The notes: generated from the letters alone by a model not told the origin. Shown: positions 47,614 through 58,844, counted from the first letter of the stretch. The stretch: DNA of 64,000 nt from Puia sp. (GCA_035492595.1 DATJJA010000127.1:32838-96837), one strand, 5' to 3'. Numbers and translations: made by a program.

Positions 47614-48489
47614 ATGAGCAAAGTAAAGATAGGCCTCGTGCAGATGAGCTGTACGGCTGATAAAGCCGCCAATCTGCAGAAGGCGATGGACAAGATCAGG
47701 GAAGCCGCCGCCGGTGGGGCGCAGATCGTCTGTCTCCAGGAGCTGTTCACCTCCTTATATTTCTGTGATGTAGAAGATTACGAGAACTTTAAGCTTGCAG
47801 AAGCCATACCCGGGCCGTCTACGGACGTCCTTGGAAAACTGGCTGCCGAGCTGAATGTCGTGGTCATAGCTTCTCTTTTTGAGAAGAGGGCGCAGGGGCT
47901 ATATCATAATACAACCGCCGTGCTGGATGCCGACGGTACCTACCTCGGAAAATACCGGAAGATGCATATCCCGGATGATCCTGCCTATTACGAAAAATTT
48001 TACTTTACTCCGGGGGATCTCGGGTATAAGATCTTCAAGACCAAATACGCTTCTATCGGCGTATTGATCTGCTGGGACCAGTGGTATCCTGAAGCTGCGC
48101 GGATCACGTCGCTGATGGGAGCAGAGATCCTTTTTTATCCTACGGCGATAGGCTGGGCGACGAGCCAGGATGAGGGTACCAATACCGAACAATACAATGC
48201 ATGGCAGACCATTCAGCGGAGTCATGCCGTAGCTAATGGGGTGCATGTGGTCAGCGTGAACAGAGTGGGTTTTGAGCAGGACGGAGCGATGAAGTTCTGG
48301 GGTGGAAGTTTTGTTGCAAATCCATTTGGATCGCTGATCTATAAAGCTTCCCATGATACAGAAGAGACGACGGTTGTGGAAGTGGATACTGCTGCGACTG
48401 ATCGTTACCGTACGCACTGGCCTTTTATGCGGGACAGACGAATAGATTCCTATCAACCTATTACGAAGCGATATATTGATGAAGGATAA
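47614..48489 (+). CDS. aguB: N-carbamoylputrescine amidase (CN hydrolase)
   Basis: LQELF; YRKMHIPDDP.YYEKFYF; ICWDQWYPE; adjacent to aguA. Confidence 0.85.
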   Translation: MSKVKIGLVQMSCTADKAANLQKAMDKIREAAAGGAQIVCLQELFTSLYFCDVEDYENFKLAEAIPGPSTDVLGKLAAELNVVVIASLFEKRAQGLYHNTTAVLDADGTYLGKYRKMHIPDDPAYYEKFYFTPGDLGYKIFKTKYASIGVLICWDQWYPEAARITSLMGAEILFYPTAIGWATSQDEGTNTEQYNAWQTIQRSHAVANGVHVVSVNRVGFEQDGAMKFWGGSFVANPFGSLIYKASHDTEETTVVEVDTAATDRYRTHWPFMRDRRIDSYQPITKRYIDEG

Positions 48490-49528
48490 TATGACTCCTA
48501 AAGATTCTGGTTATTATTTTCCGGCAGAGTTCAGCAGACATGCAGCGACGTGGCTTTCCTGGCCGCATAAAGAGGCTTCCTGGCCGGGCAGGATTCAGGC
48601 CGTTTACCCGCACTACAGCCAGTTTGTAAAGGAACTGGCCAAGGGCGAGGCCGTTTGCATCAATGTCGTGGATGAGGTCATGAAGGCGTCGGCCATCGGT
48701 CATCTCGAGGCTGCCGGTGTGGACATGCAAATGGTATCTTTCTTTTTACATCCGACGAACGATGCCTGGTGCAGGGATCATGGGCCTGCCTTTTTGATAA
48801 ATCCTGCGGCTCCGAAAAAGAAGGTCATCGTCGACTGGAACTACAATGCCTGGGGTAATAAGTACCCGCCATTCGATCTGGACGATGTAATACCCACGCT
48901 GGTAGGAAAGGCGCTGAACCTGCCGGTATACTATCCGGGTATTGTAATGGAAGGCGGGTCGGTGGAATTCAACGGCAGGGGAACGTTGCTCACCTCTACC
49001 TGCTGCCTGCTCAATCCAAACCGCAACCCTGAATCAGACCAGGAGCAGATAGAGTCCTATTTACGCGATTACTATGGTGTAGAGCAGGTGTTATGGGTAA
49101 AGGAAGGAATTATAGGAGACGATACGGATGGACATATCGATGATACGGTTCGTTTCGTGGATGAGGATACTGTCATTACGGTCATCGAGGAAGATAAGCA
49201 GGATGAGAACTATACGTTGCTACAGGAGAATCTCAGAGACCTGAAGAAGATGCGGCTGCTGAATGGCAAACAGCTCAATATTATCGAGCTGCCGATGCCG
49301 GAGGCTGTCATTTATGAAGATCAACGTCTGCCGGCTTCCTATGCCAATTTTTATATAGCCAATGAATCGGTCATTGTGCCGACCTTTCGGTGTGACCGGG
49401 ATGAAAAGGCACTGCGGATCATACAAGAGTGTTTTCCTGCCCGTAGAGTGGTGGGGATCGATTCGACGGATATTATATGGGGATTGGGCAGTTTTCATTG
49501 TTTGAGTCAGCAGGAACCGGAGGTGTAA
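48476..49528 (+). CDS. aguA: Agmatine deiminase
   Basis: WCRDHGP; EGGS; DTDGHID; ASYANF; GSFHCLSQQEP. Confidence 0.9.
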   Translation: MMKDNMTPKDSGYYFPAEFSRHAATWLSWPHKEASWPGRIQAVYPHYSQFVKELAKGEAVCINVVDEVMKASAIGHLEAAGVDMQMVSFFLHPTNDAWCRDHGPAFLINPAAPKKKVIVDWNYNAWGNKYPPFDLDDVIPTLVGKALNLPVYYPGIVMEGGSVEFNGRGTLLTSTCCLLNPNRNPESDQEQIESYLRDYYGVEQVLWVKEGIIGDDTDGHIDDTVRFVDEDTVITVIEEDKQDENYTLLQENLRDLKKMRLLNGKQLNIIELPMPEAVIYEDQRLPASYANFYIANESVIVPTFRCDRDEKALRIIQECFPARRVVGIDSTDIIWGLGSFHCLSQQEPEV

Positions 49529-49547
49529 TCTCTGAGGATAAAATGAT

Positions 49548-49576
49548 AAAAAAAGGGCGGTTAACCGCCCTTTTTT
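49548..49576. terminator. Bidirectional intrinsic terminator
   Basis: aaaaaaagggcgg-ttaa-ccgccctttttt. Confidence 0.9.
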
Positions 49577-49579
49577 CTT

Positions 49580-50416
49580 TTATGCGGTGATCGCAACGAT
49601 CGGTACGTGGCTATGATAGGCCAGTTTGGTTGTGCTGGTCGTTTTGAAGACATTCGAAAGGAAAGAATGTTTCCTGGGGAAGGTCAGGATCAGGTCGATG
49701 TGGTTGTCGGCTACGAACTGGTTGATCGCTTCCACGAAGTCGAAGAGCCGGATGAAATAGAAATCGGGTTTGTAATCACTCAATTTTGCTTCCAGCTTGG
49801 TCCTTTCCGCCTTGTATTCCTCGGTTACCTGTACATAATGTTCATGGTCGACATTGACGATGTGCAGGCGGGGGTTGAAAAGGTTGAGCACTTCTTTTAC
49901 GGTCTCTACCGGGATAGTATCGTCAATATCCTTAAAATCAGTCAATAACATAACATTTTTTGCTGACTGGGAATGCGCATCCGGGGGCACGATGATCACC
50001 GGGGCGATGGCTCTTTTGACGATATTGAGGGTATTGCTGCCCATAAAGATCTGGCCCAGGCGGGTGGCTCCGGTGATCCCCATGATGATCAGCTGGATAT
50101 TGTTCTTGACCACATAAGCTTCGAGGGTATCCAGGAACCGGTTGTTCTCTTCTGCCACCAGGGAGATCTTCGCGCTGGTAATGGTGGCGAGCTCGGTCTG
50201 AACGCTGCCCAGCGCCAATTCGACGATGGCTTGTCTGCTGGCGTCCTCTTCTGCGTCTGTACCAAGGGGGCTACTGTCGGAACCGTATTCCAGGGCGTCA
50301 AACACATTATAAAGAATAATATGAGCATCTGAAACCAGGTTGGCGAGATGGGCTGCATACCGGGCAGCATTCTTGGATGCGTCGGAAAAATCGATTGGGA
50401 CTATAAAATTATTCAT
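49580..50416 (-). CDS. Universal stress protein (tandem USP)
   Basis: IVPIDFS..S.NA; LIIMGITG...MGSNT; PVIIVP. Confidence 0.9.
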   Translation of the reverse strand: MNNFIVPIDFSDASKNAARYAAHLANLVSDAHIILYNVFDALEYGSDSSPLGTDAEEDASRQAIVELALGSVQTELATITSAKISLVAEENNRFLDTLEAYVVKNNIQLIIMGITGATRLGQIFMGSNTLNIVKRAIAPVIIVPPDAHSQSAKNVMLLTDFKDIDDTIPVETVKEVLNLFNPRLHIVNVDHEHYVQVTEEYKAERTKLEAKLSDYKPDFYFIRLFDFVEAINQFVADNHIDLILTFPRKHSFLSNVFKTTSTTKLAYHSHVPIVAITA

Positions 50417-50670
50417 ATATGAGCTGTTTGATCTGTCAGAACAGTAAATATATACAATTGACAACTTTTTTTTACGCTCAGGGCACAAAAAAGTTGTTAT
50501 TAACCAGTTTTCAACAAGGGACACCCGGTGGGGATCATTTTGGCAAAGATTACATATTTTAATGTAGGTTTGTCGCCCGACCAAATTGAATGGGCGCTGC
50601 GTGGGTGTCATGGACGCATCCGCATTGGTGCTGGCGCTGGAAGGATTATCATAAGTAAATTATATAAACC

Positions 50671-53600
50671 GTGCGATTAAAGAGCCTTGAAATAAAGGGA
50701 TTTAAGAGTTTTGCTGATAAAACCCTTATCAGCTTTGACGAGGGCATTACGGGCATTATCGGACCGAATGGCTGTGGGAAGAGCAATATAATCGACAGTA
50801 TCCGCTGGGTGATAGGGGAGCAGAAGATCAGTCACCTGCGATCGGAGAACCTGGAGAGCCTGGTGTTCAACGGGAGCAAGACCCGTTCGGCATCCGGTCT
50901 TGCCGAGGTGAGCCTGACCTTTGAGAATACGAAGAATCTCCTGCCTACGGAATTCAGCACGGTTACGGTCACCCGTAAGTTCTATAAAAGCGGGGAGAGT
51001 GAATATCGTCTTAATGACGTCTCCTGCCGGTTGAAGGATATCCAGAACCTTTTTATGGATACGGGTGTCAGCACGGACAGCTATGCCATTATCGAGCTGG
51101 GGATGGTGGATGATATCATCAAGGATAAGGAGAACAGCCGTCGCCGCATGCTGGAGCAGGCTGCAGGGGTCACCATTTATAAGACCCGGAAGAAAGAGGC
51201 GCGGCAGAAACTGGATGCTACCGAACAGGATCTGGCCCGTATCGAGGATCTTTTATTCGAGATCAACAACCAGCTGAAAAGCCTGGAGAACCAGGCGAAG
51301 AAGGCGGAGAAATATTATGAGATCAAGAAGGAGTACCGCGAGCTCAGCATCGAGCTGGCAAAAGCGGCCCTGGAAGGGTTCAATCTTACCTACCGTGAGC
51401 TGAACGAGAAAGCCGATGCCGAGACGGATAAAAAGATCAGGCTGGAGGCGATGATCGCGCAGGAAGAAGCCGATGTCGAACAGCAGAAGGTGGGTTTTAT
51501 CGAAAAGGAGCGTGCGTTGCAGTCGATGCAGCATGAATTCAACGACCTGCTGCAGGCGTTGAGGACGAAGGAAAATGAGAAGAACCTGGCTTCTCAACGG
51601 CTGAATTTCCTGAAAGAGAAGGAAAGCTCTTTACAGGAGTTCCTGCAAAAAGGGGAAGGGCAGCTGAGAGGACTGGAAGAAAGTATTGTTTTTACCCGTC
51701 AGCAGGTGGGCGAGGAAGAGAATAAATTATCCGGTTTGCAGGAGCAGCTGGAATCCCTGAAGGATTCGGTGGATGAGACGCGGAAGGTGTTCGATGAAAA
51801 GAGAGTGACGGTCGATGCGCTGCGCAGGGAAAACGCGCAGATCCAGCGAGACCAGTTCGATGCGGAAAAGAAGGTCGCAGTGGCCGATACGTCGATACAG
51901 AACCTGCAGCGGGGGATCCGCCAGCTGGAAGAAGAGCGGACGGTCCGGGACAGCCAGCTGAAGCAGTTGGAAGAAGAGCGGCAGCTGAAGGAACAGGAGC
52001 TGGAATCCAAGCAGGCGGGTTTGCGCCAGCTGCAGGACCACCAGGAGCGTACCAAGGAAGCTATCCTTCAGGCACAGGGGCAGATGGAAGTGTTGCGGCA
52101 GCAGCTGGCAGACGAAAGCCGGAAGCTGGATGCAAAGAAGAACGAGCATGACCTGCTCAAGAGCCTGGTCGATTCGATGGAGGGTTACCCGGAGAGCATC
52201 AAGTTCCTCCATAAGAACAAGGGCTGGAACCATGAAGCGCCGATACTTTCCGATATCATTTATGTAAAGGAAGAGTTCAGGGCGGCGGTGGAGAACGTTC
52301 TTGAGCCATATCTGAACTATTATGTGGTAAATAACCTGCAGGAGGGCATGCAGGCGGTACACCTGCTGGATGATAATAAGAAAGGCAAGGCCAATTTCTT
52401 TATGCTGGACAGGGTTTCGGGCGCTGCGGCGGACGCATCTCATGGTGGAGAAGGATTGGTGCCGGCGATGTCGGTTATTGAAGTGGACGATACGTACCGG
52501 AAGCTGGCGGAACATCTACTTGGGAATGTCTTTATTGCCGAGAATGAGGAAGCATTGGAAAACAGCAATGGGGCTGTCGTGCTGGAGAAGAGTGGTAAAT
52601 ATGTAAAGGGGAAATATACGCTTACCGGGGGCAGTGTTGGTCTTTTTGAAGGAAAGAAGATCGGCCGGGCCAAGAACCTGGAGAAGCTGCAGAAGGAAAT
52701 CGAACAGCTTCAAACCACGGTCGGTGATCTGAAGACGTCCATACAGGACAAGCACAATGAATTAGCCGGATACAACGAACAATTGAAAGAGCAGGTTATT
52801 CGTCAGACACAGGATGATATCAACCGGCTGACGAATTTTGTCTTCTCTCTTCAGAATAAGGTAGAGAATCTCCACTCCCAGCAGGAATCCTCTCAGGGCC
52901 GGCTGGAAGAGCTGCAGCTCAACCTGGAAGAGACCATTGCGGGTATCGAGGATACGCGAAATGCCTGGGCCGAGCTGGTGCGGATAGTGGGTGAGCTAAA
53001 AGAGAAGGCACAGGCGGCTGAGGAAGATTACCGGTCGGCGGAACATGCGTATAACAGCAGCTCGGCGCAGTATAATGAATTCAACCTGCAGGTGACCCGT
53101 CAGCATAGCCGGATCAATGGCCTTAAGCAGGAATTGGATTTCAAGAGCAAGCAGCTGAACGATCTGCATAACCAGATCGAAGCCAATGCTTCCCAGCTGA
53201 AGCAAACCAACGAGAGCATCAGCGAGAGTGAAGAGTTGCTGGGTAATTCAGAAGGCGCATTGCTGGAATTGCTGCGTAAGAAAGAAGAAGAAGAAAAGAA
53301 ATTGAATGAAGCCGATCAGGCCTATTATAATCTGCGTAATGCCCTTGGCGAGCGGGAGACCGATCTGCGGCATAAAGTGAAGGAAAAGGAAATGCTGGAG
53401 CAGATGCTCAGCGGCATTAAGGACCGGCTGAACGAGCTGAAGCTTCAGCTGGCGGGGATGAAGGAACGATTGAATGTGGAGTTCCGGATCAACCTGGACG
53501 ATATTATCGATCAGCCCCGTACAGGTGAGACGCCGGTGGAAGAGCTGCAGGAGAAGGCAGACAGGATGAAGAAAAGGCTGGAGAATCTCGGGGAGGTCAA

Positions 53601-54192
53601 TCCCACGGCGATAGAGGCATTCACGGAAATGAAGAAGCGGTATGAGTTCATCCTTGAGCAGAAGAATGACCTGGTGAGCGCGAAGGATAGCCTGTTGCAG
53701 ACGATCCAGGAAGTTGAGGCTACGGCCAATCAGCAATTTCTCGATACTTTCAATAAGGTGCGGGAGAACTTTCAGCGGGTGTTCAAGTCGCTGTTTACAG
53801 AAGAAGATACGGCTGATATGGTGCTGGAGAATCCGGAGAACCTGGCGGAGACGGGCATCGATATCGTCGCCAAGCCCAAGGGGAAACGACCTTCGTCTAT
53901 CAGCCAGCTTAGCGGTGGAGAGAAGACACTGACGGCTACGGCATTGTTATTCTCAATCTATCTGATCAAGCCGGCGCCATTCTGTATATTGGATGAGGTG
54001 GATGCCCCGCTGGATGATGCCAATGTCGGCAAGTTCACCAATATGATCCGTCAGTTCAGCGAGAACTCTCAGTTCATCATTGTTACCCATAATAAAATGA
54101 CGATGAGCACGGTGGATGTGATCTACGGGGTGACGATGCAGGAGCCTGGGGTGAGTAAGCTGGTGCCGGTGGATTTCAGGGGATTGAATTAG
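50671..54192 (+). CDS. smc: Chromosome segregation protein SMC
   Basis: GFKSF; GPNGCGKSN; coiled coils and hinge; LSGGEK; LDEVDAPLD. Confidence 0.97.
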   Translation: MRLKSLEIKGFKSFADKTLISFDEGITGIIGPNGCGKSNIIDSIRWVIGEQKISHLRSENLESLVFNGSKTRSASGLAEVSLTFENTKNLLPTEFSTVTVTRKFYKSGESEYRLNDVSCRLKDIQNLFMDTGVSTDSYAIIELGMVDDIIKDKENSRRRMLEQAAGVTIYKTRKKEARQKLDATEQDLARIEDLLFEINNQLKSLENQAKKAEKYYEIKKEYRELSIELAKAALEGFNLTYRELNEKADAETDKKIRLEAMIAQEEADVEQQKVGFIEKERALQSMQHEFNDLLQALRTKENEKNLASQRLNFLKEKESSLQEFLQKGEGQLRGLEESIVFTRQQVGEEENKLSGLQEQLESLKDSVDETRKVFDEKRVTVDALRRENAQIQRDQFDAEKKVAVADTSIQNLQRGIRQLEEERTVRDSQLKQLEEERQLKEQELESKQAGLRQLQDHQERTKEAILQAQGQMEVLRQQLADESRKLDAKKNEHDLLKSLVDSMEGYPESIKFLHKNKGWNHEAPILSDIIYVKEEFRAAVENVLEPYLNYYVVNNLQEGMQAVHLLDDNKKGKANFFMLDRVSGAAADASHGGEGLVPAMSVIEVDDTYRKLAEHLLGNVFIAENEEALENSNGAVVLEKSGKYVKGKYTLTGGSVGLFEGKKIGRAKNLEKLQKEIEQLQTTVGDLKTSIQDKHNELAGYNEQLKEQVIRQTQDDINRLTNFVFSLQNKVENLHSQQESSQGRLEELQLNLEETIAGIEDTRNAWAELVRIVGELKEKAQAAEEDYRSAEHAYNSSSAQYNEFNLQVTRQHSRINGLKQELDFKSKQLNDLHNQIEANASQLKQTNESISESEELLGNSEGALLELLRKKEEEEKKLNEADQAYYNLRNALGERETDLRHKVKEKEMLEQMLSGIKDRLNELKLQLAGMKERLNVEFRINLDDIIDQPRTGETPVEELQEKADRMKKRLENLGEVNPTAIEAFTEMKKRYEFILEQKNDLVSAKDSLLQTIQEVEATANQQFLDTFNKVRENFQRVFKSLFTEEDTADMVLENPENLAETGIDIVAKPKGKRPSSISQLSGGEKTLTATALLFSIYLIKPAPFCILDEVDAPLDDANVGKFTNMIRQFSENSQFIIVTHNKMTMSTVDVIYGVTMQEPGVSKLVPVDFRGLN

Positions 54193-54207
54193 CGCTATGC
54201 ACCGCCG

Positions 54208-55278
54208 TTACAGTGCCAGTTTTGCGACACGGCCGCCAGCGCCTGCGAGGAAGATCGTTTTTCCTTTCTTAGCCTTGCGGCAGACGTGGAAGCTGGTGGA
54301 GGCAATGAGCTGCCAGTTCATGCCGTTGTCCTTGGAGATGTCCACTCCGGATGTGCCGCAGCATATGACATTTTTTTCTCCGAAATATTCTACGCAGCCC
54401 CGATAGCCATGTGGGGGAGTAGTGGGGCGGATCCAGGTGGTACCGCCGTCCAAAGTCAGAAAGCAGTTGCCTTCCTGGACTGTATCTTTTGCAAAGTCGC
54501 CGCCGGTGACAATTATAGTATGCGGGTTTTTTACGGCAACAGAATTTGCGCCCGTGCTCGCGGCGCCGCGGAGCAGGGGTAGTTCGATCGCTTTGTCGCG
54601 GATGAAGAGACGGGAGCGGAGAGGGCCGCCGCTGACAAAACAGGCTTCTTTCAGATCGAGGGCGCGGACGTTGGTGCCGCTGGTGGCGAAACAGCCTTCG
54701 GTGGAATCGGCTTTTGGCAGTTCCATAAAGGGTATCTCGTGCCAGCTGTTGCCGCCATCAAAAGTCCTTGCTACAAAGAAACGTCCGTTTATCGGGTCGC
54801 CGACGACAATGCCGCTGTCGTGATTCCAGAATTCCATTGCATCCATGAACATTCCTTTTGTCGTATTCTCATAGACGAGCTTCCAGGTCTTGCCACCATC
54901 TGTGGTCTTTAGTATGTCGGCGGGCTCGGAGATGGCCATGATGATCGCTGTGTTCTCATCAAAGGCTTCGATGTCGCGAAAATCCCTTTTTTCATAACCC
55001 GGGACGGTGATCCAGTTCCAGGTCTTGCCACTATCGATGGACCGGCCAACGGTGCCGCTGCTGCCGCTGACCCATACTATCTTATCACTGACCGCGCTGA
55101 GGCCACGGAGGGAGACGTGAGGGCCTGTAGCGAGGATCTGGATGGAGGGCGGAGCCTGTGTCTGTTGGGCAATTGCAGGGGACACAAATGGGGTAAAAAA
55201 GCAACAGATCAGCAACATGCAACTGCCAATACGGGTAAAACTGCCGGAGCCAGCCGTCTTTGTAAGGGGATGTTTCAT
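54208..55278 (-). CDS. YCF48/BNR-repeat beta-propeller secreted protein
   Basis: Repeated S/T-x-D-G-G-x-T/S-W Asp-boxes; DFRDIEAFD. Confidence 0.8.
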   Translation of the reverse strand: MKHPLTKTAGSGSFTRIGSCMLLICCFFTPFVSPAIAQQTQAPPSIQILATGPHVSLRGLSAVSDKIVWVSGSSGTVGRSIDSGKTWNWITVPGYEKRDFRDIEAFDENTAIIMAISEPADILKTTDGGKTWKLVYENTTKGMFMDAMEFWNHDSGIVVGDPINGRFFVARTFDGGNSWHEIPFMELPKADSTEGCFATSGTNVRALDLKEACFVSGGPLRSRLFIRDKAIELPLLRGAASTGANSVAVKNPHTIIVTGGDFAKDTVQEGNCFLTLDGGTTWIRPTTPPHGYRGCVEYFGEKNVICCGTSGVDISKDNGMNWQLIASTSFHVCRKAKKGKTIFLAGAGGRVAKLAL

Positions 55279-55315
55279 ACCTGAAAAATAGCACAATATT
55301 GGTATCCTTTAAGGT

Positions 55316-56542
55316 ATGTCTAAAGGTTTAATTAGCCTCTTTTCCCTGTTTATTCCGTTGTGCCTGTCGGCTCAGACCCCGAAAGATATGCTTGTGGCTC
55401 CGGCCAGTTCGCTTGAAAGGGATACGACGGGACAGCGTGACCTCATCGGAATATTCCTTGATGTCACAAAGATCCAGATCCATCATCCCCGGCAGGAGAG
55501 GGGGCGAAGGGTATATTTTACCGTTCTGCCGTTAAGCACTTCTGTTCCGGGGGGTGGGAATGCGCTGATCACCTCTACAACGGCGGGCTTTTACCTGGGT
55601 GACCGTAATGATACTTATTTATCTACGGCCACTTTTTCTCCCAGCTTCAACTTCAGGGGACAATTCAATTTTCCGATCCGGGCAAATATATGGTCGCCTT
55701 CGAATAAGTGGAATTACCAGTTGGACACACGATTCTCCATTTACCCTCAGTATACCTGGGGGCTGGGGGGCAAGCAGCCGGAGAATGATAAGATCCTGGT
55801 GCGATATAGCTACGCCCGTTTTTATGGGAGCGTGCTGAAACGCATAACGCCCTATCTGTTGTTTGGCCCCGGTCTGGATATCGACTACAATATTCATATC
55901 CGTCCTGATATAGATTCGGTGAACATACCGCAGTTCACAAAATATAATTATGGGACGGATAATCATACCAACTCTTTTTCGCAGGGTATCACCTTAAACC
56001 TGCTGATCGATACAAGATATAATTCCTTCAATCCTTTGCCGGGAGCTTATCTGAACGTTGTATTCCGGGAAAATCTAAAGGCATTGGGAAGTAATACAAA
56101 CTGGCATTCGTTGTACATCGATGCAAGGAAGTATATTGCCTTCAGCAAAAAAGGGCAGAATATGCTGGGTATCTGGAGTTATTTCTGGACAACGATGTAT
56201 AGCAATGCGCCTTATTTCAACCTCCCTGCTATCGGTACAGAGCCTTATCAGCGTAGTGGAAGGGGATTTTATCCGTTCCGGTATATGGGCAAATCGTTGT
56301 TCTACCTGGAAACGGAGTATAGGAAAGATATTACGAGGGACGGCCTCTTTGGGTTTGTGCTGTTTGCGAATATGAATACGGTGACGGAGCCTGCGTCACA
56401 TCAGTTTGCGTACATCCATCCGGCCGGCGGCGGCGGGTTGCGGATCAAGTTCAATAAACATTCGGGGTCGAATATCGGGATCGATTATGGGATGAGCAAG
56501 GGATATCATGCGATCTACTTCAATTTGGGCGAGACGTTCTAA
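55316..56542 (+). CDS. Outer-membrane Omp85/surface-antigen-type barrel without POTRA
   Basis: Signal peptide; SGRGF...RY motif; GGGLRI; C-terminal YFNLGETF. Confidence 0.75.
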   Translation: MSKGLISLFSLFIPLCLSAQTPKDMLVAPASSLERDTTGQRDLIGIFLDVTKIQIHHPRQERGRRVYFTVLPLSTSVPGGGNALITSTTAGFYLGDRNDTYLSTATFSPSFNFRGQFNFPIRANIWSPSNKWNYQLDTRFSIYPQYTWGLGGKQPENDKILVRYSYARFYGSVLKRITPYLLFGPGLDIDYNIHIRPDIDSVNIPQFTKYNYGTDNHTNSFSQGITLNLLIDTRYNSFNPLPGAYLNVVFRENLKALGSNTNWHSLYIDARKYIAFSKKGQNMLGIWSYFWTTMYSNAPYFNLPAIGTEPYQRSGRGFYPFRYMGKSLFYLETEYRKDITRDGLFGFVLFANMNTVTEPASHQFAYIHPAGGGGLRIKFNKHSGSNIGIDYGMSKGYHAIYFNLGETF

Positions 56543-56556
56543 TAAGGTTTAAATGT

Positions 56557-56586
56557 AAAAAAGGTCTCCACCGGGAGACCTTTTTT
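56557..56586. terminator. Bidirectional intrinsic terminator
   Basis: aaaaaaggtctcc-accg-ggagacctttttt. Confidence 0.9.
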
Positions 56587-56592
56587 GTGTTG

Positions 56593-57657
56593 TTATGCGA
56601 TAGTGATGCTCTTGTCGAGATAAACGTCCTGGATGGATTGTATGACCTCAACGCCTTCGGCAAAAGGATGCTGGAAGGCTTTGCGGCCTGCGATCATGCC
56701 CATTCCGCCGGCGCGTTTGTTTACCACGGCGGTGAAGACGGCGTCTGCCAGGTCGGAAGCTCCCTTACTTTCTCCGCCGCTGTTGATCAATCCTACGCGA
56801 CCGTTGTAGCAGTTGAGCACCTGGTAGCGGGTGAGGTCGATGGGATGATTATCGGGATGTGTCAGCTGGGAGTAGACGAGAGGGGAAGTGCGGCCATGTT
56901 TGGTTGCGAGATAACCGCCATTGTTGGTCGGTAGTTTTTGTTTGATGATGTCGGCCTGGATGGTGACGCCCAAATGATTGGCCTGCCCGGTAAGGTCGGC
57001 GGAAGTGTGGTAGTCGACCCCATCTACTTTAAAGCCTGCGTTGCGGGTATAACACCACAGGATAGTCGCCATGCCCAGTTCGTGAGCCTGTTCGAAGGCC
57101 TCGGAAATTTCCTTTAGCTGGCGGTCGCTTTCTGCGCTGCCCCAGTATACCGTAGCGCCTACGGCAACGGCGCCCATATTCCAGGCGTCCTTTACTTTAC
57201 CAAAGAGGGTCTGGTCGTAGCGATTGGGCAGGCTGAGAAATTCGTTGTGGTTGATCTTCACGACGAATGGAATGCGGTGCGCATATTTCCGGCTCATGAT
57301 CCCCAGCACGCCGAAGGTGGATGCTACAGCGTTGCAACCGGCTTCCACTGCTAATTTGATAATATTTTCCGGATCGAAATACATGGGGTTGGGGGCGAAG
57401 GAGGCGCCAGCGCTGTGTTCGATGCCCTGATCCACGGGAAATATAGAGAGATAACCGGTATCCGCCAGTCTCCCGTGACTGAACAGGGTTTGCAAACTTC
57501 TTAATGTCTGGTTGCTGCGGTTGGAATAGCTCCATATTTCTTCCACGTGTTTCGGGGAAGGGAATGCGCTGAGTGTCGATTTGTCAATGACGGGCTTGTG
57601 ATCTAAAAGAAAGGAGGCTTTATCGCCGAGCAGGTCGAGAATTTTCTTAGACGCCAT
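56593..57657 (-). CDS. fbaB: Class I fructose-bisphosphate aldolase (DhnA type)
   Basis: [14 protein letters not shown]; ADIIKQKLP; GRKAFQ. Confidence 0.93.
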   Translation of the reverse strand: MASKKILDLLGDKASFLLDHKPVIDKSTLSAFPSPKHVEEIWSYSNRSNQTLRSLQTLFSHGRLADTGYLSIFPVDQGIEHSAGASFAPNPMYFDPENIIKLAVEAGCNAVASTFGVLGIMSRKYAHRIPFVVKINHNEFLSLPNRYDQTLFGKVKDAWNMGAVAVGATVYWGSAESDRQLKEISEAFEQAHELGMATILWCYTRNAGFKVDGVDYHTSADLTGQANHLGVTIQADIIKQKLPTNNGGYLATKHGRTSPLVYSQLTHPDNHPIDLTRYQVLNCYNGRVGLINSGGESKGASDLADAVFTAVVNKRAGGMGMIAGRKAFQHPFAEGVEVIQSIQDVYLDKSITIA

Positions 57658-57786
57658 GATTTTGACTTTTTGATTGTATTGCAATTTACCGTTCCTGGAT
57701 CAAAAAGAAAAAAATGCCCTTTCAGTCACCAAAAGGAACCTTAATATGTACAACAAATAAGGTACTTTGATGGTTAAACAGGGAAT

Positions 57787-58809
57787 ATGGAAATAGGAAT
57801 AGACAGCTTCGCTGCCATGTTTAGCAAAAATAGCGGCAGGGAATTAAATGATGCGGACGCGATGGCGCAATTGCTGGAAAGGATGGTTCATGCGGACCAG
57901 TCGGGTCTGGACATTTTTGGTATCGGGGAACACCATCGAAAGGGGTTTTTGGATTCGGCGCCTGCCCTTATTTTAACGGCCGCTGCCGCCAGGACGGAAC
58001 GTATCCGGCTGACGAGTGCGGTCACTGTGCTGAGCTCGGCTGATCCGGTAAGGGTGTTCCAGAATTTTGCGACGCTGGACCTGATCTCGCGGGGGCGAGC
58101 CGAAATGGTCGTGGGGCGGGGTTCATTCGTGGATGCTTATCCGCTGTTTGGGTTTAACCTGGAGGATTATGATGAACTTTTTGTGGAGAAGCTTGGATTA
58201 TTATTGTCGATCAGGCAGAATGAGTTTGTCACCTGGTCGGGGAAGTTCCGGCCGGCTTTGAAGAACCAGCCGGTCTATCCGCGGCCTTTGCAGCAGCCAT
58301 TGCCTATTTGGCTGGGGGTGGGGGGAACGCCGGAGTCATTTGTCCGGGCTGGCAGCCTGGGCTTGCCGTTGATGGTGGCTGTCATTGGCGGGGAAACGCA
58401 CCGGTTCAGACCATTGATAGATCTTTACCGGGAGGCGGGGAAAAGAGCCGGATTTGCGCCCGAGCAATTAAAAGTGGGATTGCATTCGTTGGGATATGTG
58501 GCTGAGACGACGGAGCAGGCGGTGGAGGAGTTCTATCCCGGATATGCCGCCAGCATGACGCAGGTGGGTAAGGAGCGCGGCTGGCCGCCGATGACCAGGG
58601 GCCGGTTCGAGGCGCAGAGCGGTCCTTTGGGCGCGTTGCTGGTAGGTGGACCAGAGGAGGTGGCGGAGAAGGTGCTGAGGCATGCGGAAGCGCTTGGAGG
58701 GATATCGAGGCTTACGTTCCAGATGGATAGTGCGGAGCTGCCACATGAGAAGCTGATGCGGGCGATAGAATTGATCGGGCAAAAGGTGAAGCCGCTGATA
58801 AATAAATAA
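57787..58809 (+). CDS. LLM class flavin-dependent oxidoreductase
   Basis: GIGEHH; LTSAVTVLSSADPVRV; GRGSF; GVGGTPES. Confidence 0.9.
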   Translation: MEIGIDSFAAMFSKNSGRELNDADAMAQLLERMVHADQSGLDIFGIGEHHRKGFLDSAPALILTAAAARTERIRLTSAVTVLSSADPVRVFQNFATLDLISRGRAEMVVGRGSFVDAYPLFGFNLEDYDELFVEKLGLLLSIRQNEFVTWSGKFRPALKNQPVYPRPLQQPLPIWLGVGGTPESFVRAGSLGLPLMVAVIGGETHRFRPLIDLYREAGKRAGFAPEQLKVGLHSLGYVAETTEQAVEEFYPGYAASMTQVGKERGWPPMTRGRFEAQSGPLGALLVGGPEEVAEKVLRHAEALGGISRLTFQMDSAELPHEKLMRAIELIGQKVKPLINK

Positions 58810-58812
58810 GCT

Positions 58813-58842
58813 AAAAAAAACCACCCGGAGGGTGGTTTTTTT
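58813..58842. terminator. Bidirectional intrinsic terminator
   Basis: aaaaaaaaccaccc-gga-gggtggttttttt. Confidence 0.9.
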
Positions 58843-58844
58843 AT

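Noticed and set aside
50671-54192. SMC as a Wadjet/defence ATPase
   Set aside because: Canonical housekeeping SMC with hinge and no jetABD-like neighbours
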